Below, piece by piece: positions 53,959-64,000 of a DNA stretch of 64,000 bases. The position numbers were made by a program, and so were the translations under genes. The first letter of the stretch is position 1, and the number at the start of each line of letters is the position of its first letter. A model generated the notes under the pieces. That model saw only the letters and a program-made list of their open reading frames with translations, ran no database searches and was not told the DNA's origin. The stretch spans positions 448,001-512,000 of the forward strand of contig CAWFGE010000008.1 of the NCBI GenBank assembly GCA_963815195.1, given 5' to 3'. The stretch is from an uncultured Planctomycetaceae bacterium. GTDB lineage: Bacteria > Planctomycetota > Planctomycetia > Planctomycetales > Planctomycetaceae.

Positions 53959-55335
53959 ATGATCCTTCGAATCCTGGTTTGGAGCACACTAATCATGATC
54001 GGATCGGGACAACTCGACACTCATGCGCGGGCGGACGATGCGTCGCCGGACCGCCCGACGAGTCCTTATACCTGGGAAATGTTCATCGGGGTGACGGCAG
54101 AAAACCTCGGCCTTCACGTAACCGTGGAGACGGCATGGCCGGATCCCGAAGGCCTCGATGGAAGCGTCAACTTCTGGCACGAGGCGCACCGGGAGTACGC
54201 GAACGCCGACGCTTTTCTGGCATTTCTCAAGCAGTCGAAGAAACTCGCCGCGCTTTCGTTCGAAAAGGACAAGCGGCAGCCGGACGTAATCCACGTCGTC
54301 GACCGCCGCCTCATCGGTCTGCGGGGCTACGCGCTCGACAAGAAACTCAACCTGGAGTTCGCGGGAGACGTCAGACAACTATGCTGGACCTTGCAGCGGC
54401 GGATCGGAAATCTCGCACCCGCCAGCGGCGGGAGCGGATCGGCCGAACTTGGTTGGTCGGACTTCGCGACGGAGATCTGTCTCTCTGAGAAGGACCGACA
54501 GGTTCGCGGCCTGCTGACCGATGCGGTAGCCGTCAAATGTTATAATTGGAGTCTTTGGAAGGCGACGACCGACCTAAATGAGCGTCACATGCCGACCACG
54601 GTGGTGTATCATGGGCTGAATGCATTTCACCTCCGTCCGATCCAACCGCACAACTCGCCTTGGTACATCCCGCTGCTCGAGCGGGCCGGCGAGCGGCTGG
54701 GGTGCCGCTTTACGGTGGAAACCGTCTTCCGCACGCCCAATGATCCGCACGGGTGCCCGCCCTCCGTGGACAAAGACGAAGACGACCAGAATTTTGCATC
54801 GGATCCCCGAGACCAGCGCGATGCAATTTTGCGGGCACTCGTGAGCAAAGACGAAGAGAAGGAGACGTTCAAATCGGTCGACGCGTTTCTTGAGAAATTC
54901 AGTAAGCTGATTCCCTGGATGGTTGCCGTCAAGGATGCCAAGCACCCCAAAATCGTCCATTTGGTCGATAAAAAACTGCTCAAGCTCAAGGATTATCCAC
55001 TGGATCGCCGGCTGAGCATCGAATACGCGGGGAGTCCGCACGGCCTCGTCATGGCGGTGGCGAAGCGAGTCGATTCCGTCGGTCCTCTTTGGTTCGGTGA
55101 GAAATTCACGCCTTATGGTGGAGAAGATTACCCGCGCATCGAGGTGCGGGACAAAAAGGAAACGCTGCGGAAGGTTCTGACGGATGCCGTCCCATCGCAG
55201 ACGGCTTGCCAGGTGGTGTGGCACGCGCGAACCTGGCTTCGCAAGAACGGCCCGGAGACGACGATAGAATACCATCCGCTCTATCCGCCGGAAAAACATC
55301 CCGGAAACACGGATCCGAAAAAACAGCCCGAATGA
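53959..55335 (+). CDS. Secreted hypothetical protein with two tandem homologous domains
   Basis: AGGAG RBS and signal peptide. Repeated LG..(V/F)TVE, DAFL, KD...P.(V/I)H.VD..L..L..Y.LD..L..E.AG, (V/L)R..LTDAV, W.A.T. Confidence 0.75.
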   Translation: MILRILVWSTLIMIGSGQLDTHARADDASPDRPTSPYTWEMFIGVTAENLGLHVTVETAWPDPEGLDGSVNFWHEAHREYANADAFLAFLKQSKKLAALSFEKDKRQPDVIHVVDRRLIGLRGYALDKKLNLEFAGDVRQLCWTLQRRIGNLAPASGGSGSAELGWSDFATEICLSEKDRQVRGLLTDAVAVKCYNWSLWKATTDLNERHMPTTVVYHGLNAFHLRPIQPHNSPWYIPLLERAGERLGCRFTVETVFRTPNDPHGCPPSVDKDEDDQNFASDPRDQRDAILRALVSKDEEKETFKSVDAFLEKFSKLIPWMVAVKDAKHPKIVHLVDKKLLKLKDYPLDRRLSIEYAGSPHGLVMAVAKRVDSVGPLWFGEKFTPYGGEDYPRIEVRDKKETLRKVLTDAVPSQTACQVVWHARTWLRKNGPETTIEYHPLYPPEKHPGNTDPKKQPE

Positions 55336-55470
55336 AGTTTTTTTGGCGCAGGCTTTCGCATTCAGCGCGACGAAAAAACCGAGGAATTTGTGAGGCTTTA
55401 TCAGAGCGGCTGACGCGGGCACGGACCGGAGGTTTGGTCCGATCGCCTCAGCACGGACAACCCACCAATC

Positions 55471-58400
55471 TCAATTCCGCGAGGGCCAGCTGGGGAATTT
55501 GGGGATTTGTTGGAGCAGTTTGAAGGGCGCGGTGAAGGGGCTTCGCGGGTCGGCGAGTTGCGGGGCGGGGGCGGCGGGGGACCCGGTCCGCGGGTCGTGG
55601 GGGATGATTTTCAGATCGTCGAATTGAATTTCGCCCAGGCCGCCTAATGTCATCGTGACGGTGAAGCTGCCGCTTTGCCGGACTTCGCGGATGATCGAAA
55701 ACCGCTGCCAATCGCTCGCCGCTTGCCAGCGCTGCGCGGAGACGGGGCCGGCGAGGTTGTCGAACAACAGCGCGCCGTCCAGGCTGTGCGAGATGGGCGA
55801 GGTCACGCGGACCCAGCCGCTCACCGAGACCACCTGCCCGCTTTGCACCATGACCGGGGGCGTGGTGACGGTGACCGGATTTTCCGGCAGCACGGCCGGG
55901 AGTTCCTTCCCGGGCACGGGGACCGCGATCAGCCGCAGCGAATAGTTGCCTTCCTTGGCCCCTGGATAAAGTTCCGCCGTGGCCCGCACGCCGTCGATGT
56001 GCTTTTGCGTGTGCTGGTACTTTTCGACGACCATCGTGTTGATGTCCTCGAAGTTGCCGGAACGGAGCAGGTTGTTGTCGTTGTCCATTCGGCTTTCGCC
56101 CAGGCGGGCGACGAGCCGCCAATGATCGGGCAGCGTCTGAAAACAGATCGTGTGCGGGCTGGAGACGGGCGAGGACATCCGCCGCACCGCATCGTTCCAA
56201 TGAGCCCGCTGGAGGATTCGCTGAAGCTGCATGGCGTCGGCGGCCATTTGCCTCGCTCCGTGGTAATCCCGCCGGCTCAGGGCTTGTTCGGCGAACTCCA
56301 CCAACTCCCGGGAGCGGGCAAGGATTTGCGGGGCGTCCGGCTGGCTGACGCCGAGCGTTTGGAGTTCCTCATCGACCTTGGTCACGCGTTCCAATTTCGC
56401 CTTGGCGAGCGCGACCGAGATTTTGGCGCTGGGTTCGGCGAGCGTATCGATCTTTTTGCGGAGTTGGGTGATGATGTCGCGGTCGGACGTCAAAATCACC
56501 GCCGCGGTTTGATCGAACTTTTTGAGAGTGATCAGCTTGCCGCCGGGCGTCGGCTTGTGCTGCAAGCTGCGAATGCCGGTGGGCGAAATCTCCCACGCCG
56601 ACGCCGTCGCATCGAACGGAGGCACGACGATGGAGGCGTCGTTCGCCGTCATCTGGCCCGGCACGAATTGCGCTTCGCGGTCGTACCACACGGGCAACAG
56701 CAGCGTGCCGTATTCGCTGCGGATTTGCGTCGCCTCCAAATCGCCCGCCAGACTCGCGGCCCGCTTGGCCTGGTTTTCGAGTTCCCGCAGCTTGGCTTGC
56801 GCCTCGCCCATTTCGGTGGAGCCGTTGCGGCCGTCAAACGACCGGCGGGTGAAGGCTTGCTGCGTCGGCGGGGTCGCTCCGAACGGGATGTGCGACACCA
56901 CCCGCCCCGTCGCCAGCCAAGGTTCCAGAAGTTCCAACTCCAGGTTGAGCTGGGCAATCGCCAGTTGGCGTTCCCAGTCTCCGGGAGCGTCGGGTTCCAG
57001 CGAAGTCGTCTTCCAATATCCGATCCCCCGGCAGCCCGCGGCGAGGGCCGCATAAACCTGGAGGCGGATCTGCTCGGGTTCGATGACCACCGGAGCGTGG
57101 TCGGCTTTGTCCCGGTGCGCGGTCCAAGCTTCCGAGGGTTCCGTTTGAATCCACGTCCACATGAACGTGCCGGGGCGGGCGAGCTTTTGTTTTTGCAGGA
57201 GCCAATTGCGGAACGTCTTCGGAGCGAAGGTTGTATGATTGAACGGCGTGTGATCGGCGAACCGGCTCATCCCCAGCATGGAGACGAACCTTGAAACGTT
57301 CTTTTCCTGTCGGCCGATGATGTCCACCATCGCCGGACGGCGAAACTCGCGGTCGGCATTGCGGATTTGCTCCAACCAGCTTCTGAGGGCCTCCTGGTTC
57401 TCCGGCGGGACGCGCGTGCCCAGGTTCCACAGCAAAATCGGATCGGTCTTGTGCGTAAACGGAATGATGCTCACATCTTCGGGGTCGATAATCTTGCCCG
57501 CCGCCGTCACCGCGGGGCGGCGTGGCCATCACCCATAAACCTTGCTCTCGGACCGCGGCCAGGGTTTCGACATCCTCGTAATTCGGTACCCAGACGACAT
57601 TCAGCCCCGCCAGCTTTAGCGAGTTGAAGGGCTCCCCATGATAGGCGGCAATCCGCGGGAAAAACGGACGCCCCTCCACCTGCAACTTGTCCAAGCGGAA
57701 TTCGACGGCCGGCTTTTGGGTCGGGCCTTCCGCGGTATCGGCCGCATCGGCGGCGGACGCGGACGTCGCCGGCACGGCTTGGGCCTCGTGATTGGTTTGC
57801 TCGACCGCCGGCTTGGTGGGGGAACCCACGGCGGCGGGGCTGACCACAGGGCCGAGCTTCAACTCGTCCAGCAGGATTTCCACTTTCCCCGCGGGCAGTT
57901 TGCCGGTGATGATCGCCCGATCGACGTAGGCATCGCGAAAATTGAGGTTGGGATTGTTAAGTGCCGACCGGAATTGCCTGGCCCGCGCTTGGAGCATCTT
58001 CTTCGTCGTGCGGCATTCCAGCTTTTGCCATTTGCCGGCTTCGGCGTATGTGTCGCCCCGCAAAAACGTTGTCAGCACCTCGCCCGTCCCCGGGTCGGTC
58101 TCGTTGGGAAACACGAGCCGAAGCCAAACCGCCGCGCCGGGAGCACTTGCCCGCATCCCGACCTGCAGCTTGAGTTCCTCGATGCTCCGGGCGGCGGGGA
58201 GTTCGTGGTCCAACTGAAAAGAGGCCCCTTGGGCCCGGCATTCCAGAACCAGACCTTCCGAACGATCGCCCCTCAGCCGATTCTCCGACTGCCCGGCGTG
58301 CTTCAGAATTTGGATCTGCGATTTGTCGTAATGACTCACGATCCAGTGGGGAGTTTCGTCATCGAACCCTTGCCGATACTCCTCCGCGCGCAAACCGCCC

Positions 58401-58474
58401 GCCAACAGCAGGACGAGGCACAATCCCCAGCCGGCCGCGAGAAGTCGGGTTTGATGAGGGAAGTATATCGGCAT
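55471..58474 (-). CDS. Large secreted hypothetical protein (~1000 aa); frameshift near 57510
   Basis: ORFs 56834-58477 and 55471-57510 join. Signal peptide, GH-like central part (LQVEGRPFF, ALAAGCRGIGYW) and CBM-like C-terminus (NLL..GNFE...FDDL). Confidence 0.7.
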
Positions 58475-58874
58475 CAAAGGAATTTATGAGATTCCATCCG
58501 GAGAAGCCTGAGAATCTGTAAAGCCGCGTTTGTCCGTGTCATCGGCTGGATTGGGAAGATGGGATGAGATTTTCGCGGAAAAATCGTTTCCGAACTCGTG
58601 GGGCGGGATTGTAACGATTTCCGCCGGCAGAGCCTATGCGACATGCGGCCGAGGGCATGGGTTTTTCCAAAGGCTTATATTGTAATAACTTACGGAAAAT
58701 CGCTCGCGCGCCGTCTCCCAAACGCGACGGGCGTTTGGTCCCGCCATCCCAAGCCGGTTGCGATAAACAATTTCCCCCAAAGAAGTTACGGCGGGGCCTT
58801 GTGTTCGGGCGTTACGCGGGGGCACAATCGGTTGGTGGAAATCGCTTGCCGCTTTCATCCTTCGGAACGACCCT

Positions 58875-59147
58875 ATGAACTCGCGACTCCCGGAAAATGG
58901 CCTCGACGAACTGCCCCGCGAAATTATCGATTTCGCGAAGCACATCGCTGCGCTCCCTGAGGAATATCAAGACGACATGGAAGCGGCGTATCTTCGCGTG
59001 GTGGATTCGGTGAAGCGGCGTCGGCGGATTTTGGGGCTGGTGCAAGAAGCGCTCGCCCAACTTCGGCTGGACATTAAGTATTTGATGTTCGATCTGGAAA
59101 TGACCCGCCGGGAACGCGACGAACTCCGCGAACGCCTGGACGATTGA
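58875..59147 (+). CDS. Small conserved coiled-coil protein
   Basis: RRRRIL.LVQEALAQLRLDIKYLMFDLEMTRRERD. Confidence 0.75.
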   Translation: MNSRLPENGLDELPREIIDFAKHIAALPEEYQDDMEAAYLRVVDSVKRRRRILGLVQEALAQLRLDIKYLMFDLEMTRRERDELRERLDD

Positions 59148-59180
59148 AGGTTTTGGATAGAAACCGTCACAGAAAGGAAA

Positions 59181-59207
59181 ATGGCACTGGCCATTTGCCA
59201 GTGCCAT
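59181..59207. terminator. Hairpin between convergent genes
   Basis: ATGGCACTGGC-CATTT-GCCAGTGCCAT. Confidence 0.6.
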
Positions 59208-59231
59208 CGTCAATTCAAAATACCAGTTGCC

Positions 59232-61286
59232 CTAATTCTTCACCGTTTTGAGTTCTTTCGCGAGGCCCATGTAGTCGCTCGTGATGTGGACGAGCTCCTT
59301 GTTGTAGTAGTTGTCCTCGAAGATGGGCGGTTCTTTGCCGTCCTCGTTCTTTTTGTCTTCTTGCTCCTCATCTTCGAGCTTCTTGTCGGCTTCCTGTTCC
59401 TTTTTGAGGGTCGCTTCGTTCAGCGAGACCGTTTCGCGGTTTTTGCGTTCCAGGAAGCTGGCGATCCGTTTTTCGACCTTTTGGAAGTCCTCGTCGGCTG
59501 TGATGCGCTTCTGGCTTTTTTGCTTGACTTCCTTGACCCAATCCTCTTTGGTCATGCCGTAGTTGTCGTGCTTGATCGGATCGACCTTGCTGGCTTTGAG
59601 GGCGTTGTCCAGGAAGGATTCCCCCAGATCCATGTGGTCGATCAGGGAAGGCAGGACGACATCGGAATGCACGCCGTCGTTTTGGGTGCTGCGGCCGTTG
59701 ACGCGGTAGAACTGGTTGATGGTGAGTTTCAAGGCGCCGCGGTTGTCGGGGCGAAGGAACTTGAAGAGTTGGCGGGTGACGGGCATCACATTTTGGACGG
59801 TGCCTTTCCCGTGGGTCGTGGTGTCGCCGACGATGATGCCCCGCCCGTAATCTTTGATTGCGCCGGCGAAGATTTCCGAAGCCGAGGCCGACAGCCGGTT
59901 GCAGACCACGACCAGGGGGCCGCCGTAGGCGACGCCGTCTTCGAGGTCGTCGTGCGAGATCGTTTTGCCGTTTTGTTCTTTGACCATCACCACAGGGCCA
60001 TCGTTAATGAACAGCCCGGAGACTTCGATGGCTTCGCTCAAGGCCCCGCCGCCGTTCATGCGGAGATCGACGATCACCGCGTCCACGCCGCCTTGTTTGC
60101 GGAAGTCATCGAGAACTTTTCGAACGTCGCGAGAGGTGCTCTTAAAATCTTTGTCGCCTTGGCGGGCCCCTTCAAAGTCGCGGTAGAACGAGGGAATGTT
60201 AATGACGCCGATCCGTCCGGTGCCGCCTTTGATCCAGTCCTTAGCGTCGATGATTTCGCCTTTGACCTCGGAGGATTTGAGTTCGATGACCTGCCGGGTG
60301 AGTTCGTAGACTTTGACTTCGTTGGGCGTGGCCTTGGGTTTGACTTGCAGGCGGACTTTGGAGCCGGCTTCGCCGCGGATCAGCCGGACGACGCGGGAGA
60401 GCTTCATCTCCACGATGTCGGTGATGTCGCCTTCAGCCTGGCCGACGCCGATGATCTTGTCGCCGACTTTGAGGCGTTTGTCCTTGTCGGCCGCTCCGCC
60501 GGGCACGACCTGGGCGACGACGGTGTAGCCGTCTTCCGAGCGGAGAGCCGCCCCGATGCCCTGAAGCCGGAGCCGCATCTGGATTTGGAAATCGTCGTTG
60601 GATTCGGGCGACATGTAGCTGGAGTGCGGATCGAAGCAGTGCGTCAGCGAGGAGAGATAGGTTTCCAGTTTTTCGCTGTCGTCGATCTGGTTCAGCATGG
60701 ACTCGATGTTGTCGTAGCGCTTGTTCAGACGCTTGCGAGCCTCATCGATTTTGGTGCCGTCGAGATTCAACAGGAGCATGTCGTATTTGATCCGCTTCCG
60801 CCAGCGGTCTTCGATTTCGGATTGGTTTTTCGCCCAGGCCAGCTTGTCCGCGTCGGTGACCATCGACTCGTCGCGGGTGAAATCGAAATCGGAATCGATC
60901 AGCTTGTGGGCCAGCTTCATGCGGTCCTGCATCAGCGCGTGGTAGCGGTCGTAGACGTCGTAAGCGAACTTCACATCGCCGTCTTTGATCTCATCATCGA
61001 GCTTCGTCTTGGATTTGTTGAACTCGTCGATGTCCGTTTGCGTGAAGTACAGCTTTTGCGGGTCCAATTGCTCCAGGAACCGGTTCAAAAGCTGCTCCGA
61101 CACCGCATCGTCGATGGGCTTTTGGCTGATGTGGAAGCGGGTAATCATGTCCGCCACGAGCTTGGTTGTTTCCGCGTCGGCGTCCGTCGGCCCGGAATAA
61201 GCATTGGCGATGAACCCGCAGGCGGCAAATGCCCCCATAATCAGCGTGAGAAATGCAGCGGTGCGTATGGGAGCTTTGATTCTCAT
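59232..61286 (-). CDS. prc: Carboxy-terminal processing protease (S41, tail-specific)
   Basis: LDPQKLYF, FDPHSSY, PDZ GIGAAL, DLRMNGGG, SASASEIFAGA, GKGTVQ. Confidence 0.93.
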   Translation of the reverse strand: MRIKAPIRTAAFLTLIMGAFAACGFIANAYSGPTDADAETTKLVADMITRFHISQKPIDDAVSEQLLNRFLEQLDPQKLYFTQTDIDEFNKSKTKLDDEIKDGDVKFAYDVYDRYHALMQDRMKLAHKLIDSDFDFTRDESMVTDADKLAWAKNQSEIEDRWRKRIKYDMLLLNLDGTKIDEARKRLNKRYDNIESMLNQIDDSEKLETYLSSLTHCFDPHSSYMSPESNDDFQIQMRLRLQGIGAALRSEDGYTVVAQVVPGGAADKDKRLKVGDKIIGVGQAEGDITDIVEMKLSRVVRLIRGEAGSKVRLQVKPKATPNEVKVYELTRQVIELKSSEVKGEIIDAKDWIKGGTGRIGVINIPSFYRDFEGARQGDKDFKSTSRDVRKVLDDFRKQGGVDAVIVDLRMNGGGALSEAIEVSGLFINDGPVVMVKEQNGKTISHDDLEDGVAYGGPLVVVCNRLSASASEIFAGAIKDYGRGIIVGDTTTHGKGTVQNVMPVTRQLFKFLRPDNRGALKLTINQFYRVNGRSTQNDGVHSDVVLPSLIDHMDLGESFLDNALKASKVDPIKHDNYGMTKEDWVKEVKQKSQKRITADEDFQKVEKRIASFLERKNRETVSLNEATLKKEQEADKKLEDEEQEDKKNEDGKEPPIFEDNYYNKELVHITSDYMGLAKELKTVKN

Positions 61287-61752
61287 GAGCCTGATCCGAT
61301 CTCTCGAAACGTAATCCAAAATGTAAATTCGGGATGAAATCCCCAAACTAACCAAGTTTATCCGATGCCCCCAGATGCGACAAGAGGCTTTGTTACAAGG
61401 CATTACAAAGGATGATTGCCGGGAGCGCCGGTCGCCATTCTGCCAACAGATGTGTTTGCCCGTTTATTTTTGCCGAAACTCCGAAGGTCCAAAATCCTCT
61501 CTTCGGCCGCATTCATCACAGAATCATGATTCTGGGAACCATAATTCTGCTCAACCCCCTTCGCCGCGACGGGCGGACACGCCTCGCCGTCAGAAGTGAA
61601 GATTTCCCTCGGGGGCGATTCGGAGTACGATAAACATATCCAAAGACACCTTTCCCCCGAAAAACCGGCTCGGCCAATGCCCGTTGACACGTTTCGGCGG
61701 ATTCCAGATACTCCAGCCTCCCAGGCGTCTCTGTTTTGACAAGCCCCGGCTT

Positions 61753-63012
61753 ATGAACGATTTAGTACAATACGCAAAAGACGTGGCCAACCGCGCCCGG
61801 CTTGCATCGCGGGAGTTGGGTTTGGCCACCGGCGAACAGAAATCGGCCTGGCTCAAACGCTCCGCGGACGCGATTCGCACGCAAACCGCCCGGCTCATCG
61901 AAGCCAACGCCTTGGACTTGGAGAAGGCCCCGGAATACGGTTTGACGAAAGCGGCGATCGATCGGCTGCGGTTGACCGAGTCCCGCTTGGAAGGCATCGC
62001 GAGCGCGCTCGAAGACGTCGCCCGGCTGCCCGAGCCGGTGGGGGAGATCATCGACAGCAACGTCCGCCCGAACGGCTTGCTCGTCACGCGGGTGCGCGTG
62101 CCTTTGGGCGTCGTGTTCTTCATTTATGAATCCCGGCCCAACGTCACCGCGGACGCAGCGGCTTTGTGCGTCAAGAGCGGCAATGCCGTGATTCTGCGAG
62201 GCGGCAAAGAGGCCTTTCACAGCAACCAGGCGATTTATCGGCTGCTCAGCGAAAATCTGGAGAACGCGGGCCTGCCCCGCTACGCCGTGCAGCTTGTGGA
62301 GACGACCGACCGCGAAGCCGTCGGCCATTTTCTGCGAATGAGGGATGACATCGATGTCACGATCCCCCGCGGTGGAAAGGGTTTGATCGAACGCGTCGCC
62401 GCCGAAGCCACGATGCCCGTCATCAAGCACTTCGACGGAATCTGCCACGTCTATGTGGACAAAGCCGCGAATCTCGAGATGGCCGAGAACATCACGATCA
62501 ACAGCAAATGCCAGCGGACGGGGGTCTGCAACGCCGCCGAGTCGCTTTTGATCCACCAGGACATCGCCGAGACGTTTCTGCCCCGGATCGGAAAATCCCT
62601 CCAAGCAGCCGGCGTGGAAATGCGGTGCTGCCCGCGGTCGCTGCCACTGGTGCCCGCCGGCAAGCCGGCGACGGAAGAAGATTTTCGGACCGAATATCTG
62701 GACCTGATTTTGTCGATCAAGATTGTGGACAGCCTGGACGAGGCCGTCCGGCACATTACGGAATATGGCTCGCAGCATACGGACAGCATTGTGACGAACG
62801 ATCTCCCCGCCGCCGAGGAATTTATGCGCCGCGTGGATTCCGCGGCCGTGATGGTCAACGCCAGCACGCGGTTCAACGATGGCGGGGAATTCGGACTGGG
62901 CGCGGAGATCGGCATCAGCACCGACAAATTCCACGCCCGAGGCCCCTGCGGACTCAAGGAACTGACGAGTTACAAATATGTGGTCCACGGCCGCGGCCAG
63001 ATTCGCGAGTGA
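61753..63012 (+). CDS. proA: Gamma-glutamyl phosphate reductase
   Basis: [42 protein letters not shown]. Confidence 0.97.
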   Translation: MNDLVQYAKDVANRARLASRELGLATGEQKSAWLKRSADAIRTQTARLIEANALDLEKAPEYGLTKAAIDRLRLTESRLEGIASALEDVARLPEPVGEIIDSNVRPNGLLVTRVRVPLGVVFFIYESRPNVTADAAALCVKSGNAVILRGGKEAFHSNQAIYRLLSENLENAGLPRYAVQLVETTDREAVGHFLRMRDDIDVTIPRGGKGLIERVAAEATMPVIKHFDGICHVYVDKAANLEMAENITINSKCQRTGVCNAAESLLIHQDIAETFLPRIGKSLQAAGVEMRCCPRSLPLVPAGKPATEEDFRTEYLDLILSIKIVDSLDEAVRHITEYGSQHTDSIVTNDLPAAEEFMRRVDSAAVMVNASTRFNDGGEFGLGAEIGISTDKFHARGPCGLKELTSYKYVVHGRGQIRE

Positions 63013-63113
63013 GCCAGGAATACAAGATCGGGAGAAGGGGACATCGTTCAATGTGAAGCGGTTTCAACGTCAACATTAAACCTGAAACATTAAACTTGAA
63101 TTCGGAGCCACGG

Positions 63114-64000
63114 ATGGCGGATGTTCTCAGTCAAACCGAAGTGGAATCGTTGCTGTCCGCGCTCGACAGCGGGAACCAGCGCCCCAAGGCGGCGGTTCCC
63201 AAAAAGAAGGACACGGGACGCAGCTCGATCAGCGTTTACGATTTCAAACGCCCCGAGCGGGTCAGCAAAGAGCAGATGCGGGCGTTCCAGGCGCTGCACG
63301 ACGGCTTCAGCCGGGAATTCGGAGCCGCGCTCAGCAGCATGCTCCGCTCGATCATCGAGGTCAAGCTCATCAGCGTGGATCAATTGACCTACAGCGAGTT
63401 CGTGTTCAGCCTGGAAAACCCGACATGTTTTAACCTCCTCCAATCGTCGGGTTTGGACGGGCACATGATCCTGGACATCAACCCGGCCATTATTTTTCCC
63501 TTCGTGGATCGGCTTTTGGGCGGCGGCCGGGAACCTCGCCCGAACGTCCCCAATCGCCCGCTGACGGACATCGAAATCCGGCTTGTTTCGCGGGTCACGG
63601 ACTTGGCCATCGAGGGGCTCGAAAGCGCCTGGGGCAATCTGTGCGAGTTGGGGCTCAGCGTCCGCCAGGTCGAAAGCAACCCGCAGCTCATCCAAATCGT
63701 GCCCCCCAACGAAGTCATCGTGCTGATCAGTTTTGAGATCTGCATGGGCGAACTGCGGGGCATCATGAATTTGTGCATCCCCTTCAACACGATCGAGCCG
63801 CTCGCCGGCAAACTGTCGTCGGACACCTGGTCGGCTTACACGAAAAAAGTCGCCGCCCCGAGGCAGTCGGTCAATCTGCAAACGGGCTTGTCGCAGGCCC
63901 CGGTCGAGATGGTCGTCGAACTGGCCCGCACGACGATTTCGGCGGGGGAAATTATGGGGCTCGCGGTGGGGGATGTGATCATGACGGAAACCGGCCGGGA
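63114..64000 (+). CDS. fliM: Flagellar motor switch protein FliM (runs off window end; absent from the ORF track)
   Basis: Translated by hand: [65 protein letters not shown]. Confidence 0.96.
   Translation, partial: MADVLSQTEVESLLSALDSGNQRPKAAVPKKKDTGRSSISVYDFKRPERVSKEQMRAFQALHDGFSREFGAALSSMLRSIIEVKLISVDQLTYSEFVFSLENPTCFNLLQSSGLDGHMILDINPAIIFPFVDRLLGGGREPRPNVPNRPLTDIEIRLVSRVTDLAIEGLESAWGNLCELGLSVRQVESNPQLIQIVPPNEVIVLISFEICMGELRGIMNLCIPFNTIEPLAGKLSSDTWSAYTKKVAAPRQSVNLQTGLSQAPVEMVVELARTTISAGEIMGLAVGDVIMTETGR

Noticed and set aside
59181..61337. Long antisense ORFs (e.g. 59181-61337 +, 12547-14562 +, 37931-39244 -, 63090-63881 -)
   Set aside because: They are shadow frames of real genes on the opposite strand in high-GC DNA.

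Overview
GC-rich bacterial DNA, most likely from a planctomycete (inferred from the conserved hypothetical proteins, the AmmeMemoRadiSam triple fusion, Cys/Pro-rich secreted protein and the families of intergenic palindromic repeats). Many genes carry single-base frameshifts, mostly in short G runs, which look like long-read assembly errors. Most of the window is housekeeping: dusB, split transketolase, eno, csrA, HU, prc, proA, fliM, tRNA-fMet and tRNA-Glu. There are three accessory regions. (1) 1-5600 is an island off the 3' end of tRNA-fMet with a RecB-like PD-(D/E)XK nuclease, split by an IS3 element, coupled to an UPF1/DNA2-type SF1 helicase. (2) 17439-25556 is the best candidate for an undescribed nucleotide-centred conflict or signalling system: divergent adenylosuccinate synthetase, tandem Nudix and LysR regulator, facing an operon of stand-alone RyR domain, DUF4062(TIR-like)-DeoRC fusion, APH-like kinase and TPR-S-like protein. 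(3) 53462-55335 is a truncated glycosyltransferase joined to an orphan gene tail and a secreted tandem-domain protein. All family calls come from motif recognition by eye; no database search was run.
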